Shown here in pieces: positions 1-8,700 of a stretch of 64,000 bases of DNA (its first letter is position 1; each line of letters begins with the position of its first letter). The position numbers were made by a program, and so were the translations under genes. Source of the DNA: a virus; the UHGV virus genome UHGV-0373904. One strand, written 5' to 3'. The notes beneath the pieces were generated by a model, which was not told where the DNA came from, did not search any database, and worked only from the letters and a program-made list of their open reading frames with translations.

Positions 1-95
1 TTAGTATAAAGTACTTTACAAGGGGCTTATAGTTCGATAAAGTAAGCCCCAGATAAAGAGCTTTACCACTAAATCCTAAATTGGAGAACTTAAAA
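1..95 (+). repeat. Early intergenic element copy 1 (near-identical to 806-894 and 1147-1235): hairpin ggggcttat..taagcccc plus conserved leader
   Basis: About 88-bp unit repeated 3x nearly identically. Contains TTTACA(15-20)-N17-TAAAGT(38-43) promoter-like spacing, GC hairpin 22-50 and leader ending in GGAG 9 nt before the ATG. Confidence 0.6.
15..43 (+). promoter_or_regulatory. Candidate sigma70-like promoter embedded in repeat element (TTTACA-N17-TAAAGT)
   Basis: Hexamers with 17-nt spacing seen in sequence; the same arrangement recurs in copies at 806-894 and 1147-1235. Non-canonical -10. Confidence 0.35.
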
Positions 96-500
96 ATGGC
101 TATTAATAATCGTGAATTATCAATCTTAAAAGCACGTTTGACCGTTAACCGGATTAATGTCATCACGTCATCAGCACCAGATGAAACACTGCAAAACATT
201 ATTGGAAAGATTCAAAGTGTTATCTTAGACGTTGAAAGTGTAAAAAACTCATTGGCTGACGTTGCAGCAGGTATCACGCTAGACGGTGCACAACATGAGA
301 TGTCCGACATGTTAGGCAAATCAAAGGTAATGAATAAAGAATTAGACTTGAAGATGTTTAGATTTGCTGTTAAAGTGTGGCTATCCGTCGAGTATGACGC
401 CAATTTTGCAATTGCTGATTTCTTTGCCACTTGGTTACAACGTAATTTGACAAATCATGATTTTCGTGATATCTGTGATGCAATTTATGCAGAACTCTAA
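96..500 (+). CDS. Hypothetical early protein
   Basis: ORF track gives 81..500 (TTG start); the ATG at 96 lies 9 nt after GGAG in the conserved leader. No recognisable motif. Confidence 0.55.
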   Translation: MAINNRELSILKARLTVNRINVITSSAPDETLQNIIGKIQSVILDVESVKNSLADVAAGITLDGAQHEMSDMLGKSKVMNKELDLKMFRFAVKVWLSVEYDANFAIADFFATWLQRNLTNHDFRDICDAIYAEL

Positions 501-535
501 AAAAAAAAAAACTGTTGACACTGATTTTTAGATAG

Positions 536-606
536 ATTAAATTACACATCAACGGGAGGCAATAACCTCCCTACTAAGTAAAGTCCTTAAACTAGGAGAT
601 TCTAAA
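536..606 (+). promoter_or_regulatory. Intercistronic hairpin (gggaggcaataacctccc) plus conserved leader ACTAAGTAAAGTCCTTAAACTAGGAGAT
   Basis: Same leader found upstream of ORFs at 2187, 3321, 3649; hairpin sequence differs but pairing is preserved. Confidence 0.55.
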
Positions 607-804
607 ATGGCTATTATTAACGGCTTAACCATTGAAACAACACATATCAAAGACATCAAAGTTGGTGATGTAGTCCTTTCCCACGGCGTAGAGAAAACTG
701 TCACTGCAAAGGATATCAAAGAGGATTCTTTCATGGGTAGGACTCTCTTCGGTGATTCTTATTGCTTAGGTTATCTTGCAGTTTTAAAAGTTGTCAAAAA
801 TTAA
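607..804 (+). CDS. Hypothetical early protein (65 aa)
   Basis: ORF with ATG 8 nt after GGAGAT of the conserved leader. Confidence 0.5.
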   Translation: MAIINGLTIETTHIKDIKVGDVVLSHGVEKTVTAKDIKEDSFMGRTLFGDSYCLGYLAVLKVVKN

Positions 805-805
805 A

Positions 806-894
806 TAAAAAGTACTTTACAAGGGGCTTATAAGTCTGTACAGTAAGCCCCAGATAAAGAGCTTTACACAATCCTTAAACTAGGAGATTAAAAA
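806..894 (+). repeat. Early intergenic element copy 2
   Basis: aaaagtactttacaaggggcttataagtctgtacagtaagccccagataaagagctttac...ctaggagat; loop differs from copies 1 and 3 but the stem is retained. Confidence 0.6.
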
Positions 895-1146
895 ATGATG
901 AACTATCTCAATATCCCTGATACCTGCCGACTGTTGACACGAGAAGAAAACTTGGGTAAACCTTTTCTTTACCACATGCCAGACAACACACCAAAAACTT
1001 ATAGTTACAATGTCAACCGTTTTACCGCATACGCTGCAAAGAACGGTTATAAGTTGGTCACTCAAAAAGTAATGCTGGTTACAATCGCTGACGAGATTCC
1101 TACGGTTGCAGTTAAACTAATTTTCTCAAAAAAAAAAAAAAGTTAA
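895..1146 (+). CDS. Hypothetical early protein (83 aa)
   Basis: ORF following repeat element and GGAG. Confidence 0.5.
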   Translation: MMNYLNIPDTCRLLTREENLGKPFLYHMPDNTPKTYSYNVNRFTAYAAKNGYKLVTQKVMLVTIADEIPTVAVKLIFSKKKKS

Positions 1147-1235
1147 ATAAAGTACTTTACAAGGGGCTTATAGTTCGATAAAGTAAGCCCCAGATAAAGA
1201 GCTTTACCACTAAATCCTAAACTGGAGATTCAAAA
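1147..1235 (+). repeat. Early intergenic element copy 3
   Basis: Near-identical to 1-95. Confidence 0.6.
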
Positions 1236-1799
1236 ATGAAATGCTATCACGGAACTACCCTCAAAAACTTTGTAAACCTGCTGAATGGTGGCGACAAGCC
1301 GGAAGGAATCTGGAACTGCTCATACATGGATGATTGTTTCTACGTTTACCCAATGAACAAGATTATCAAAACGGAATGTCTGGAAGATGAGGAAGATTCT
1401 TACATTCGTGAACGCTGCATTCAAAACGCTTTAGAATCTGGGCTTATTACGGCAGCTTTCCAAATGGAAACGCAGGACGTAATTGTCATTGAGATGGATA
1501 TCCCAGAGGAAGAGCTAGAGGATGATTATTCTTGTGACAACATGAGCGATATCGCCAGCTTTACCGGACACTTTGATAAAGGTTGGGTTATTGGCCTTCA
1601 CTCGACGAAATTTAGTGCGATGTATGCACCTTTCTTTGTACCAGATGCAACTAACCGCAATTTAGGTTATGTTGACGATGATTTGTTAAGTATGGCGAAA
1701 ATTGTACAGAATAGCGGTGATAGTTCCGTGTTTTGTGACCTGCTGGATAAAATTACCAATAATCTCACAGAGCGCAATTTAAAAGACTTTTTAGGTTAA
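1236..1799 (+). CDS. Hypothetical acidic early protein (187 aa); candidate DNA-mimic/anti-restriction-type protein
   Basis: ORF after repeat element; strongly acidic stretch EMDIPEEELEDDYSCDNMSD and overall D/E-rich composition. Function is inference only. Confidence 0.55.
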   Translation: MKCYHGTTLKNFVNLLNGGDKPEGIWNCSYMDDCFYVYPMNKIIKTECLEDEEDSYIRERCIQNALESGLITAAFQMETQDVIVIEMDIPEEELEDDYSCDNMSDIASFTGHFDKGWVIGLHSTKFSAMYAPFFVPDATNRNLGYVDDDLLSMAKIVQNSGDSSVFCDLLDKITNNLTERNLKDFLG

Positions 1800-1862
1800 T
1801 CAGTACAAAGACACCAACTTCCAACTTAAGGCCCATACAGGGCCATTTAAAGGGCTTAAATC

Positions 1863-2105
1863 ATGCTTACAACCGTTTATCTTATCCTTTCTATTTGTAA
1901 TGGTCATTCATGTGATTTTAAAGGGCTTGAGGAGTTTACAGGGAGTAAAGAAAATGCTATTCAAGTTTGCCAGATAGCAAGACAAGACTATCCCGCCAGT
2001 GATGATATTCAATGCTACTTTAAGACAGAAGATGAAGACGGCGTCTATTTTGACAGTGTCGATGGTCAATATGAAATTATCATTGAAAAGACTAGACAAG
2101 CCTGA
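1863..2105 (+). CDS. Hypothetical early protein (80 aa)
   Basis: ORF preceded by hairpin ggccc-atacag-gggcc. Confidence 0.45.
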   Translation: MLTTVYLILSICNGHSCDFKGLEEFTGSKENAIQVCQIARQDYPASDDIQCYFKTEDEDGVYFDSVDGQYEIIIEKTRQA

Positions 2106-2117
2106 TAAAAGTCTGTA

Positions 2118-2186
2118 AATTGTCAATCAACGGGGAGGGAATGACCTTCCCCACTAAATAAAGTCCTTAAACTAGGAGATTCTAAA
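2118..2186 (+). promoter_or_regulatory. Intercistronic hairpin (ggggagggaatgaccttcccc) plus conserved leader
   Basis: Leader CACTAAATAAAGTCCTTAAACTAGGAGATTCTAAA precedes the ATG. Confidence 0.55.
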
Positions 2187-2528
2187 ATGGCTTATGTAAC
2201 TGTAATTACCGATAAAGAAGATTCATCTTGGTCAACTCAAGTCAGTGATAAGATGTCGCCTATGCAGTGCCTAAAATACTTTGAGCAGTGGAACAAAGGC
2301 GAGGATGTCAGCCCCTTTCAAGTGATGCAAATCATCCATACAGATAACGAAGGAAACAAAACGACACTTAATAGCGAGTATTACGCAAATCGTTTTGAGA
2401 GTCGAGTTGAAACGATGAAGGGTCTGCGTGAGGCCGGATATGGGCACATTGCCGCCTTGTTATGGGATAGCCTGCTAAAAAATCAGCGTATCAGCTATGT
2501 AAAACCTGAAAAAATATTCATCAGTTAA
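2187..2528 (+). CDS. Hypothetical early protein (113 aa)
   Basis: ORF after conserved leader. Confidence 0.5.
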   Translation: MAYVTVITDKEDSSWSTQVSDKMSPMQCLKYFEQWNKGEDVSPFQVMQIIHTDNEGNKTTLNSEYYANRFESRVETMKGLREAGYGHIAALLWDSLLKNQRISYVKPEKIFIS

Positions 2529-2560
2529 TCAATAACTTACAAAAAACTTTTAAAAAAATG

Positions 2561-2589
2561 TTGACAATCCCTCTTGACATTGGTAACTT
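2561..2589 (+). promoter_or_regulatory. Candidate sigma70-type promoter (A-tract, TTGACA, 17 nt, TAACTT)
   Basis: aaaaaaTGTTGACAatccctcTTGACAttggTAACTT; tandem TTGACA and inverted repeat ccctc/gaggg across the region. Confidence 0.45.
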
Positions 2590-2726
2590 TGTTCGAGGGG
2601 GTTTATCTAAAAGGGATTCACTTAAAAGATTCTTTATAGATAAACTTAAAAATTGCTTGCAATCACTTTCTAAAAATCCTATAGTATCTATCAAGCAAAA
2701 CAACTTCCTAAACTGGAGAAATCAAG

Positions 2727-3254
2727 ATGAATAAGTTCACAGCAATCAACACTATTCGCTCAAAAGACGTAATGAAAAAGCCTGTCAAGGATACTTTCGA
2801 ATTTACCCTGAAAGATAAAACTTTTGCAGTTATCACGAAAGGGGAAGATAAGAAATATTACATACATCGCCCAAATCAGCAAATGATAACAGCTAACAGC
2901 TTTATGAAGGCCGTAGCGGTTATCCTGCCGGATTATATGGTTATCGTCGCAGAAATTCACGAAATGGCTATCAAGGCGACTAAAAACGAGCTAAACCAAT
3001 ACAAAATGGCTTATGAACGCTCTATAAAGTCTCATAACCTTTTTATTGCAATTTTCTACACTGGCGTGTCTGCTACTGGTACGGGCAATCAACAACACCC
3101 AATCTATGAAGTTGAAAAACTGTTTACAAGTGAATACAAAACAGATATCTTTAAAGTAACGTTAGGCAAGGCATTAACAGACTTAATCAAGCTTTACGAA
3201 AAATCTTTAAAAAATTTAGAAAATGCACTTGACGAAACGTTATCAAATCTTTAA
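2727..3254 (+). CDS. Hypothetical early protein (175 aa)
   Basis: ORF with RBS ctggagaaatcaag-ATG. Confidence 0.55.
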   Translation: MNKFTAINTIRSKDVMKKPVKDTFEFTLKDKTFAVITKGEDKKYYIHRPNQQMITANSFMKAVAVILPDYMVIVAEIHEMAIKATKNELNQYKMAYERSIKSHNLFIAIFYTGVSATGTGNQQHPIYEVEKLFTSEYKTDIFKVTLGKALTDLIKLYEKSLKNLENALDETLSNL

Positions 3255-3320
3255 AGTATCTATCAAGGGGAAGAAATCACTTCCCCACTAAATAAAGTCC
3301 TTAAACTAGGGGTTATCAAG
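3255..3320 (+). promoter_or_regulatory. Intercistronic hairpin (ggggaagaaatcacttcccc) plus conserved leader
   Basis: Leader CACTAAATAAAGTCCTTAAACTAGGGG. Confidence 0.55.
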
Positions 3321-3584
3321 ATGGAAAACGTAGAATTAACCACACTATTGCAGATTGCAACTGACAAAGAAGATGTAGCACTGTTTCACCGTATCGAAAG
3401 CGATTTATTCAATGGTGAAATCATCAAAGAATCTTACGAAGTTGTCGGATTCAAAGATGGTAAAACATTTGGATTCTTTGACCTCGAAAAAGGCAACGCT
3501 GTTACAAAATATGATGTTTTATCTTGTGAGATTCTTACAAAATACAACGAAAAAAGGCTTGCAACATACGCCAATATGCAGTAA
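3321..3584 (+). CDS. Hypothetical early protein (87 aa)
   Basis: ORF after conserved leader. Confidence 0.5.
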   Translation: MENVELTTLLQIATDKEDVALFHRIESDLFNGEIIKESYEVVGFKDGKTFGFFDLEKGNAVTKYDVLSCEILTKYNEKRLATYANMQ

Positions 3585-3585
3585 A

Positions 3586-3648
3586 TTACTAATTAACGGG
3601 GGATGACCTCCCCCACTAAGTAAAGTCCTAAACTGGAGAATCTAAATT
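3586..3648 (+). promoter_or_regulatory. Intercistronic hairpin (gggggatgacctccccc) plus conserved leader
   Basis: Leader CACTAAGTAAAGTCCTAAACTGGAGAAT. Confidence 0.55.
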
Positions 3649-3897
3649 ATGTCAACTATCCGCGTAACTGTTAATGCTTATGGCTGCCACGAACTTGATG
3701 CAAAATTCGATATCGGTGGAACAAATAACACCTTTGACCTTATCAAAATGCTGATTCAGCAGGTGCTACCAGATTATAACCCTACCGATGACTTTTGGAA
3801 GGACGCTGTAAAAGAAGCCATAAACGAGGAATATCACTACCACTACTGGGGAGAAAAAATTGTCTCCCTGTACTACAACAAGCAAGATTATAACTAA
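3649..3897 (+). CDS. Hypothetical early protein (82 aa)
   Basis: ORF after conserved leader. Confidence 0.5.
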   Translation: MSTIRVTVNAYGCHELDAKFDIGGTNNTFDLIKMLIQQVLPDYNPTDDFWKDAVKEAINEEYHYHYWGEKIVSLYYNKQDYN

Positions 3898-3907
3898 TCG
3901 ACGCAGC

Positions 3908-3960
3908 GGGGCTAAATAGCCCCAGATACCTGAAAAGCTCCTTCTCATAGGGGCTTTTTT
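3908..3960 (+). terminator. Tandem terminator-like hairpins ending the + strand early cluster
   Basis: ggggctaaatagcccc (3908-3923), then aagctcc..ggggct followed by T6 (3935-3960). Confidence 0.5.
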
Positions 3961-5569
3961 ACGTCTATGTAATAGCCTCTATACAACCCTTTCCCTTTCC
4001 TTCCTAGAATCTATCCCACTAATTCGATAGAATCTATCTCATACCTTAAAAAGCAATAACTCTATAGTCTACTCTATAACCTTTTATCAAATCAACTTAA
4101 ATAAAAGCCAATAACCCCAGAAAGGGGATGGCCCATTTAAACGCTCTATAAAGCTCTATAACAGCCTTATCAACCTAACTTAAGGGATTGCATTAACCAA
4201 CCTTAAAAAGCTCTTTACAGGGCTTTATAGAGGCTTAAAAGAATCTTATAAGGTTATAAGCTTTATTATCTCGTTAGCTATCTTGTGAATATCTAAAAAG
4301 GGCTTGTTAGTGTCTTAAAAGTATGTTATAGGGGCTTAAAAGTTACTTCAAAGTTACGTAAAAGAAGCTATGAAGTTACGTAAATGCTAGCCCCCTTAAC
4401 ATTTTCTTAACAATTTCTTAACAATCCCTACATAGTTATGCTTGTTAGAGACTTGTTAGCCCCTTGTTAAATCTCTGTTAAGACCACGTAAAAGCCTTGT
4501 AAGAACCTTTGACATAGCCTTTAAAGCCCCTGTAAAGCCCTATAAAGAGGTATCTGTACAGTTGGGGTGTAATTACTAGGAAGAGGCTTAAAAGGGCTTA
4601 CAAGGAGCTATAGAGAGCTTTTAAGAGGTATGTTTAAGGAATCACTAAGAAAGGAAAGGGAACGATAAGAAAGAGATAGTGACCATGTTAATAGCTTGTT
4701 AAAAAGATTAAACACTTGTTAGAGACTTGTTAATTATCTTAACAAAATAACTCTTAAAAATTAACTTGTTAGCTCTTGTTAGTCATCTGTTAAGACTCTG
4801 TAAAGACCATGTATCGACTGTTAAGAACTTGTTACAGCCTTGTTAGTTCTGTTAAGAATCTGTTAAGACCTCTGAAGAGATGTTAAGAGATTGAGAGAGT
4901 TGTTAAGAGATTGTTAAGGATATTTTAAAATTCTGCAAAGTACTTGTAAGGGAGCTGTTAAGGGCTACCAAGCAGATATACATCTTCTACAGATATTTTT
5001 CAGTTCCTTCAAAGACCCTAAAAAATGACTTGATAGTCCTATTTTATAAAAATTTTAAAAATCTGAATAATTACCTATACAGTCTTTCTAAAATACAGGT
5101 AATAACAGGCTTATAAGATACCTTGTTAGTACCGTGTTAGACCTTGTGAGATAAGGTCTGTAAAGATATTCCTGTTAAGTTTGTTAAAACAGTCTATATA
5201 GAGGCTTAGTAATACCTAGTGAACACCTATAGAGAGTGTCATAGCTGACATAGAGATTAAGAGGTGTATAGGAGCTTCTAAGAAGGTGTAGAGAGATGGT
5301 TAAGGTGATTGTATAGGTTGTTAAGAAGGATTGTTAGAAGAGTGTTTAGAAGGGCTATTTAGAAGGGCTATACAGAGGGCTATTAAGACCACTAGATAGT
5401 TACTAAGATACTATATAGTACTATATAACTATATAGAGAGTAAGATTAAGAAGGTTGTTAAGAAGGATAGATATTTTATTCACATATGATGGTGACCCAG
5501 AGGTTGGGACAACCGATAAAATTTTATAAAAATTAAAAAGCCCCCAATTAAGGAGGCTCTTAAGATATT
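3961..5569. repeat. ORF-free 1.6-kb field of degenerate YTGTTARR / CTTAACAA repeats
   Basis: No ORF of 60 aa or more on either strand; about 30 copies of ttgttaag/ttgttaga/ctgttaag in both orientations, densest at 4395-4500 and 4715-4920; stop codons in all frames. Confidence 0.8.
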
Positions 5570-6193
5570 TTAAATCAGGCTTTCTAAAACTGTCTTCAAG
5601 GATGACTTAGTTGTCTGGTAAAAATGAGTGAACCCATTATTGTTATCGAATATCTGCATCATGATATCATCTCCCTTGATTGGGTACACTCGGATATCAT
5701 AGTGAAACCCATTAAAGACAGCAGAACCATTACAGAACACACTAAAATCACTTGCTGAGATGTACTCTTCATGACCTGTGATTTTTATACAGACACCCTT
5801 ACTTGGTCTCTTAGGGTTGATATCTTCCATCACAGACATACTCTGTCCACCAAGAGATACCATAGTGACCACTTTACGGTTCTTCTGTTTAAAGTACATC
5901 TTAACTTTCTGCAAAGTGTCTTCATAGAATGGATAAGACCTTTCTACAAAGATTCCTTCAAGTGGCTCTTTACCATTTTCAACTTCTCGGTTATGCCGTA
6001 CTGCAAAGATAATTTGTTCGAACCAGTCAAGATTTTCTTCGGAGAGTGCTTCCCGAACATCCTTCCAGTCAAGTACTAAGTAGTTACCTTCAACTTCTTT
6101 TAAGTTATCTTTTTCCATATCTATCACACCATTATCGTAAAACTTGATATTCTGGTACTGCGAATTTATTACTATTGTTCTTGATGAGGTCAT
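5570..6193 (-). CDS. Hypothetical protein (207 aa)
   Basis: ORF; overlaps the next ORF by 62 nt so the true start may be internal. Confidence 0.5.
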   Translation of the reverse strand: MTSSRTIVINSQYQNIKFYDNGVIDMEKDNLKEVEGNYLVLDWKDVREALSEENLDWFEQIIFAVRHNREVENGKEPLEGIFVERSYPFYEDTLQKVKMYFKQKNRKVVTMVSLGGQSMSVMEDINPKRPSKGVCIKITGHEEYISASDFSVFCNGSAVFNGFHYDIRVYPIKGDDIMMQIFDNNNGFTHFYQTTKSSLKTVLESLI

Positions 6194-6596
6194 CCTCTGA
6201 AACTAAAAATGTAATACCACATAAGTGTCTGTAACGACTATCATACTCGAATATCTTAAACAGATATTTACCATCATGATAAACCTGTTGCACTTCACCT
6301 TCTGCAACAATCTCGCCTGTAATAAAATTTTTTAGTTTATACACATTACCAACTTTAGGTACTGTTTTCATCTCAGGCTCTTTTAGTGCTACACCTATTT
6401 TTGCATCACCGAGTAAATGAGAACTCTCAAAAGCTACGTGTTTCATATAAGCTTCTGAGCATTCCCATATAAAACAGTGTACAAGAACCTTAGCAGCATG
6501 TCTTGAGCAGTTCAACTTATCACAAATTTCTGTGTACATCTCATCTTTAGTAGAATTGTCAAGCATTGCTCTTTGCACTACTTCTTTAATTTTCAT
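6132..6596 (-). CDS. Hypothetical protein (154 aa)
   Basis: ORF in the - strand block. Confidence 0.5.
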   Translation of the reverse strand: MKIKEVVQRAMLDNSTKDEMYTEICDKLNCSRHAAKVLVHCFIWECSEAYMKHVAFESSHLLGDAKIGVALKEPEMKTVPKVGNVYKLKNFITGEIVAEGEVQQVYHDGKYLFKIFEYDSRYRHLCGITFLVSEDDLIKNNSNKFAVPEYQVLR

Positions 6597-7014
6597 AAGC
6601 TCTCCGAATAACCCTATTAAGCATCTCTAAAGTCAGCTTTCCAGATTCTAAATGTGGCATAACAAGCTTTAAAGCTTTTTCAACATCATGCACAACATCT
6701 ATTATACCTTCTGCATAGGCTTCTACAAGGATATCTTTTACATTTTGTGATTTACCTTTTTGTGGTATCACTAGACGCATATCAAACTCATTTGCTTGAG
6801 GATGGTTCTTACCACGCCAGAAACCGTCCTTATCAAAGCTTATAAAGTTATCCTCATTAAAATTAATACCACAAACCTTAAACTTATCTAAAACTATGCA
6901 GTTGAGAGGGTAATCATCACTTGCATCATTCATTCCAAGAAACTTAACAGTAGCTATATACCTCTGTGTCTTTGCATCTACAACGTCAAGCTCTTTACCT
7001 ATAAGCTCTTTCAT
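6586..7014 (-). CDS. Hypothetical protein (142 aa)
   Basis: ORF; 11-nt overlap with the downstream ORF suggests translational coupling. Confidence 0.5.
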   Translation of the reverse strand: MKELIGKELDVVDAKTQRYIATVKFLGMNDASDDYPLNCIVLDKFKVCGINFNEDNFISFDKDGFWRGKNHPQANEFDMRLVIPQKGKSQNVKDILVEAYAEGIIDVVHDVEKALKLVMPHLESGKLTLEMLNRVIRRAYEN

Positions 7015-7066
7015 TTCGCTACCTTCTAAGTTCCTACAAAGGGGCTATCAAGTAACCCCTAAGTTA

Positions 7067-7291
7067 TTACTCAGACTTTTCAGTCTTCTTATCGGATTTC
7101 TTGCTAGTCTTCTTCTCAGCTTTCTGCTCAGGTTCCTTCTCAGAAGTTGCCTTGATAACCATATCAAGAAGCTCTGATAAGTCACTCTTCAGAAGCGTTA
7201 CAGGCTGCTCATTATAGAAGTTTTTGTCAAGATAAACTTTGAACTCTTCTATAGAAGGAAATCCAAAAATTGGTACAGGTGTCTTAATCAT
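7067..7291 (-). CDS. Hypothetical protein (74 aa), Lys/Glu-rich C-terminus
   Basis: ORF; C-terminal KAEKKTSKKSDKKTEKSE. Confidence 0.4.
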   Translation of the reverse strand: MIKTPVPIFGFPSIEEFKVYLDKNFYNEQPVTLLKSDLSELLDMVIKATSEKEPEQKAEKKTSKKSDKKTEKSE

Positions 7292-7367
7292 TACTTAGTC
7301 TCTCCATAGGCATCTTTTAAGATTGCCCTGTTAATCATTTCAGCGATTGCAAAACGAACACATACAG

Positions 7368-7901
7368 CTATAATTGTAGGTTGCATTCTTTACTTACCTC
7401 TTCAAGTTTAACCTCAGAATCCTTAAGTCGTTTCTTATGAACTCTGAACCTCATTAGTGAGATGATGATACCAGCTAAAGGAACAACATACAAGTACCAA
7501 ACATCATATACCTTTGCAGTAATCTGTGTAATGGTCAAGTCTTGAGCTATGTAGCTGATTGCTGATACAGCTAGTAATGTTGCTAAGAAGAAAACCAGTA
7601 TCATAACAATATTCAGACAACCTCTGGCATGGTATTCATGCTTAATGCACTTATTCTTCTCTTCAACAACCCTGTTGTAGTCATTTGTAAAGTCTCTGTA
7701 GAAAGCTTTTAAGTATTCTTGAGTGTAGCCTTCAAAGCAACCTGTACCGTACCAATAATCACCACCAAAATGTGCTATGATACCAGTATCCCCATTTGGT
7801 TTGGTTACTCTTAGTGAAGTATGATGACCAGTCTTCTGATAATCTATCTTGTATCTTTCTTCGTAAATCATTTCCCAACCCCTCTCAATCGTTTGTTCCA
7901 C
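7368..7901 (-). CDS. Hypothetical membrane protein (177 aa)
   Basis: Two hydrophobic segments (IVMILVFFLATLLAVSAISYI and LYVVPLAGIIISLM) in the C-terminal half. Confidence 0.5.
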   Translation of the reverse strand: MEQTIERGWEMIYEERYKIDYQKTGHHTSLRVTKPNGDTGIIAHFGGDYWYGTGCFEGYTQEYLKAFYRDFTNDYNRVVEEKNKCIKHEYHARGCLNIVMILVFFLATLLAVSAISYIAQDLTITQITAKVYDVWYLYVVPLAGIIISLMRFRVHKKRLKDSEVKLEEVSKECNLQL

Positions 7902-8086
7902 TCAAGGTCAACAAGTCTTTGCAGGACTTTCCCTCTAGGTGTTACACCTTTTAAATCTGCATCGTAGCAACGGTAAAAGTCACCTTCAGCGTGTTTACCG
8001 TAGCATTTTCTGATATTCTGGCTCCTACGATACTGCTCTAACAGGGACAGTTTGTAGTAGTCTTCAACTGTAGTTAGTTTTTTCAT
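7868..8086 (-). CDS. Hypothetical protein (72 aa)
   Basis: ORF overlapping neighbours by short distances. Confidence 0.4.
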   Translation of the reverse strand: MKKLTTVEDYYKLSLLEQYRRSQNIRKCYGKHAEGDFYRCYDADLKGVTPRGKVLQRLVDLEWNKRLRGVGK

Positions 8087-8628
8087 TCTTTCACCATAGC
8101 GTTTCTGAACTGGCGTTGTGTTTCTCTTGTAATTTCGTTTGGGGTAAACCCTGCTTTTAGCATATCTCTGAAAAGAACTTCTAAATGGTTCCTCTCAATG
8201 ATGTAAATGGCATTCTGAATAGCTGTTTTGCGCTCCTTCAGGTCACTACTAATCTCTTCGCACTTACTGGTAAGCTCTGTGTCAACTTTCTTATAGACTG
8301 GCATAACATGTGCGTAGCAACCTTTATTAGTCTCCATGAAAAATTTAAAAGATTCTTCAGAGTCCTTTAGGGCAATCCCTATAAAGTTTTTGTAAGCACC
8401 TGTGAAAGATAAGGAATCAATCTCAGCAGTTGAGTATACAGTCCCTGCACACAGTCTTGCAGAAGTACTGAATGTGTGGTTTGGTGTTGTGTCAAAGTCT
8501 AAGTTCTTCAGTGGTCGGAAATAAACTGTACCATTGTGTGAGATGTGTGTTACAACAGCCTCAACACTCTTTGAAGGATTCTGTTTAACATACAAAATAA
8601 TTTTATCGTGCTCTTTCACTTTAGCCAT
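8083..8628 (-). CDS. Hypothetical protein (181 aa)
   Basis: ORF; 4-nt overlap with the downstream ORF. Confidence 0.5.
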   Translation of the reverse strand: MAKVKEHDKIILYVKQNPSKSVEAVVTHISHNGTVYFRPLKNLDFDTTPNHTFSTSARLCAGTVYSTAEIDSLSFTGAYKNFIGIALKDSEESFKFFMETNKGCYAHVMPVYKKVDTELTSKCEEISSDLKERKTAIQNAIYIIERNHLEVLFRDMLKAGFTPNEITRETQRQFRNAMVKE

Positions 8629-8700
8629 AACTATTCTCCAGAAACTAAAAAGGGAACTACCTCTCGATAGCTCCCATCATAGTCAATATTGTATACTCGG

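Noticed and set aside
3961-5569. Possible CRISPR array in the repeat field
   Set aside because: Repeats are short (about 8 nt), degenerate, irregularly spaced and in both orientations; there are no uniform repeat-spacer units and no cas genes nearby.
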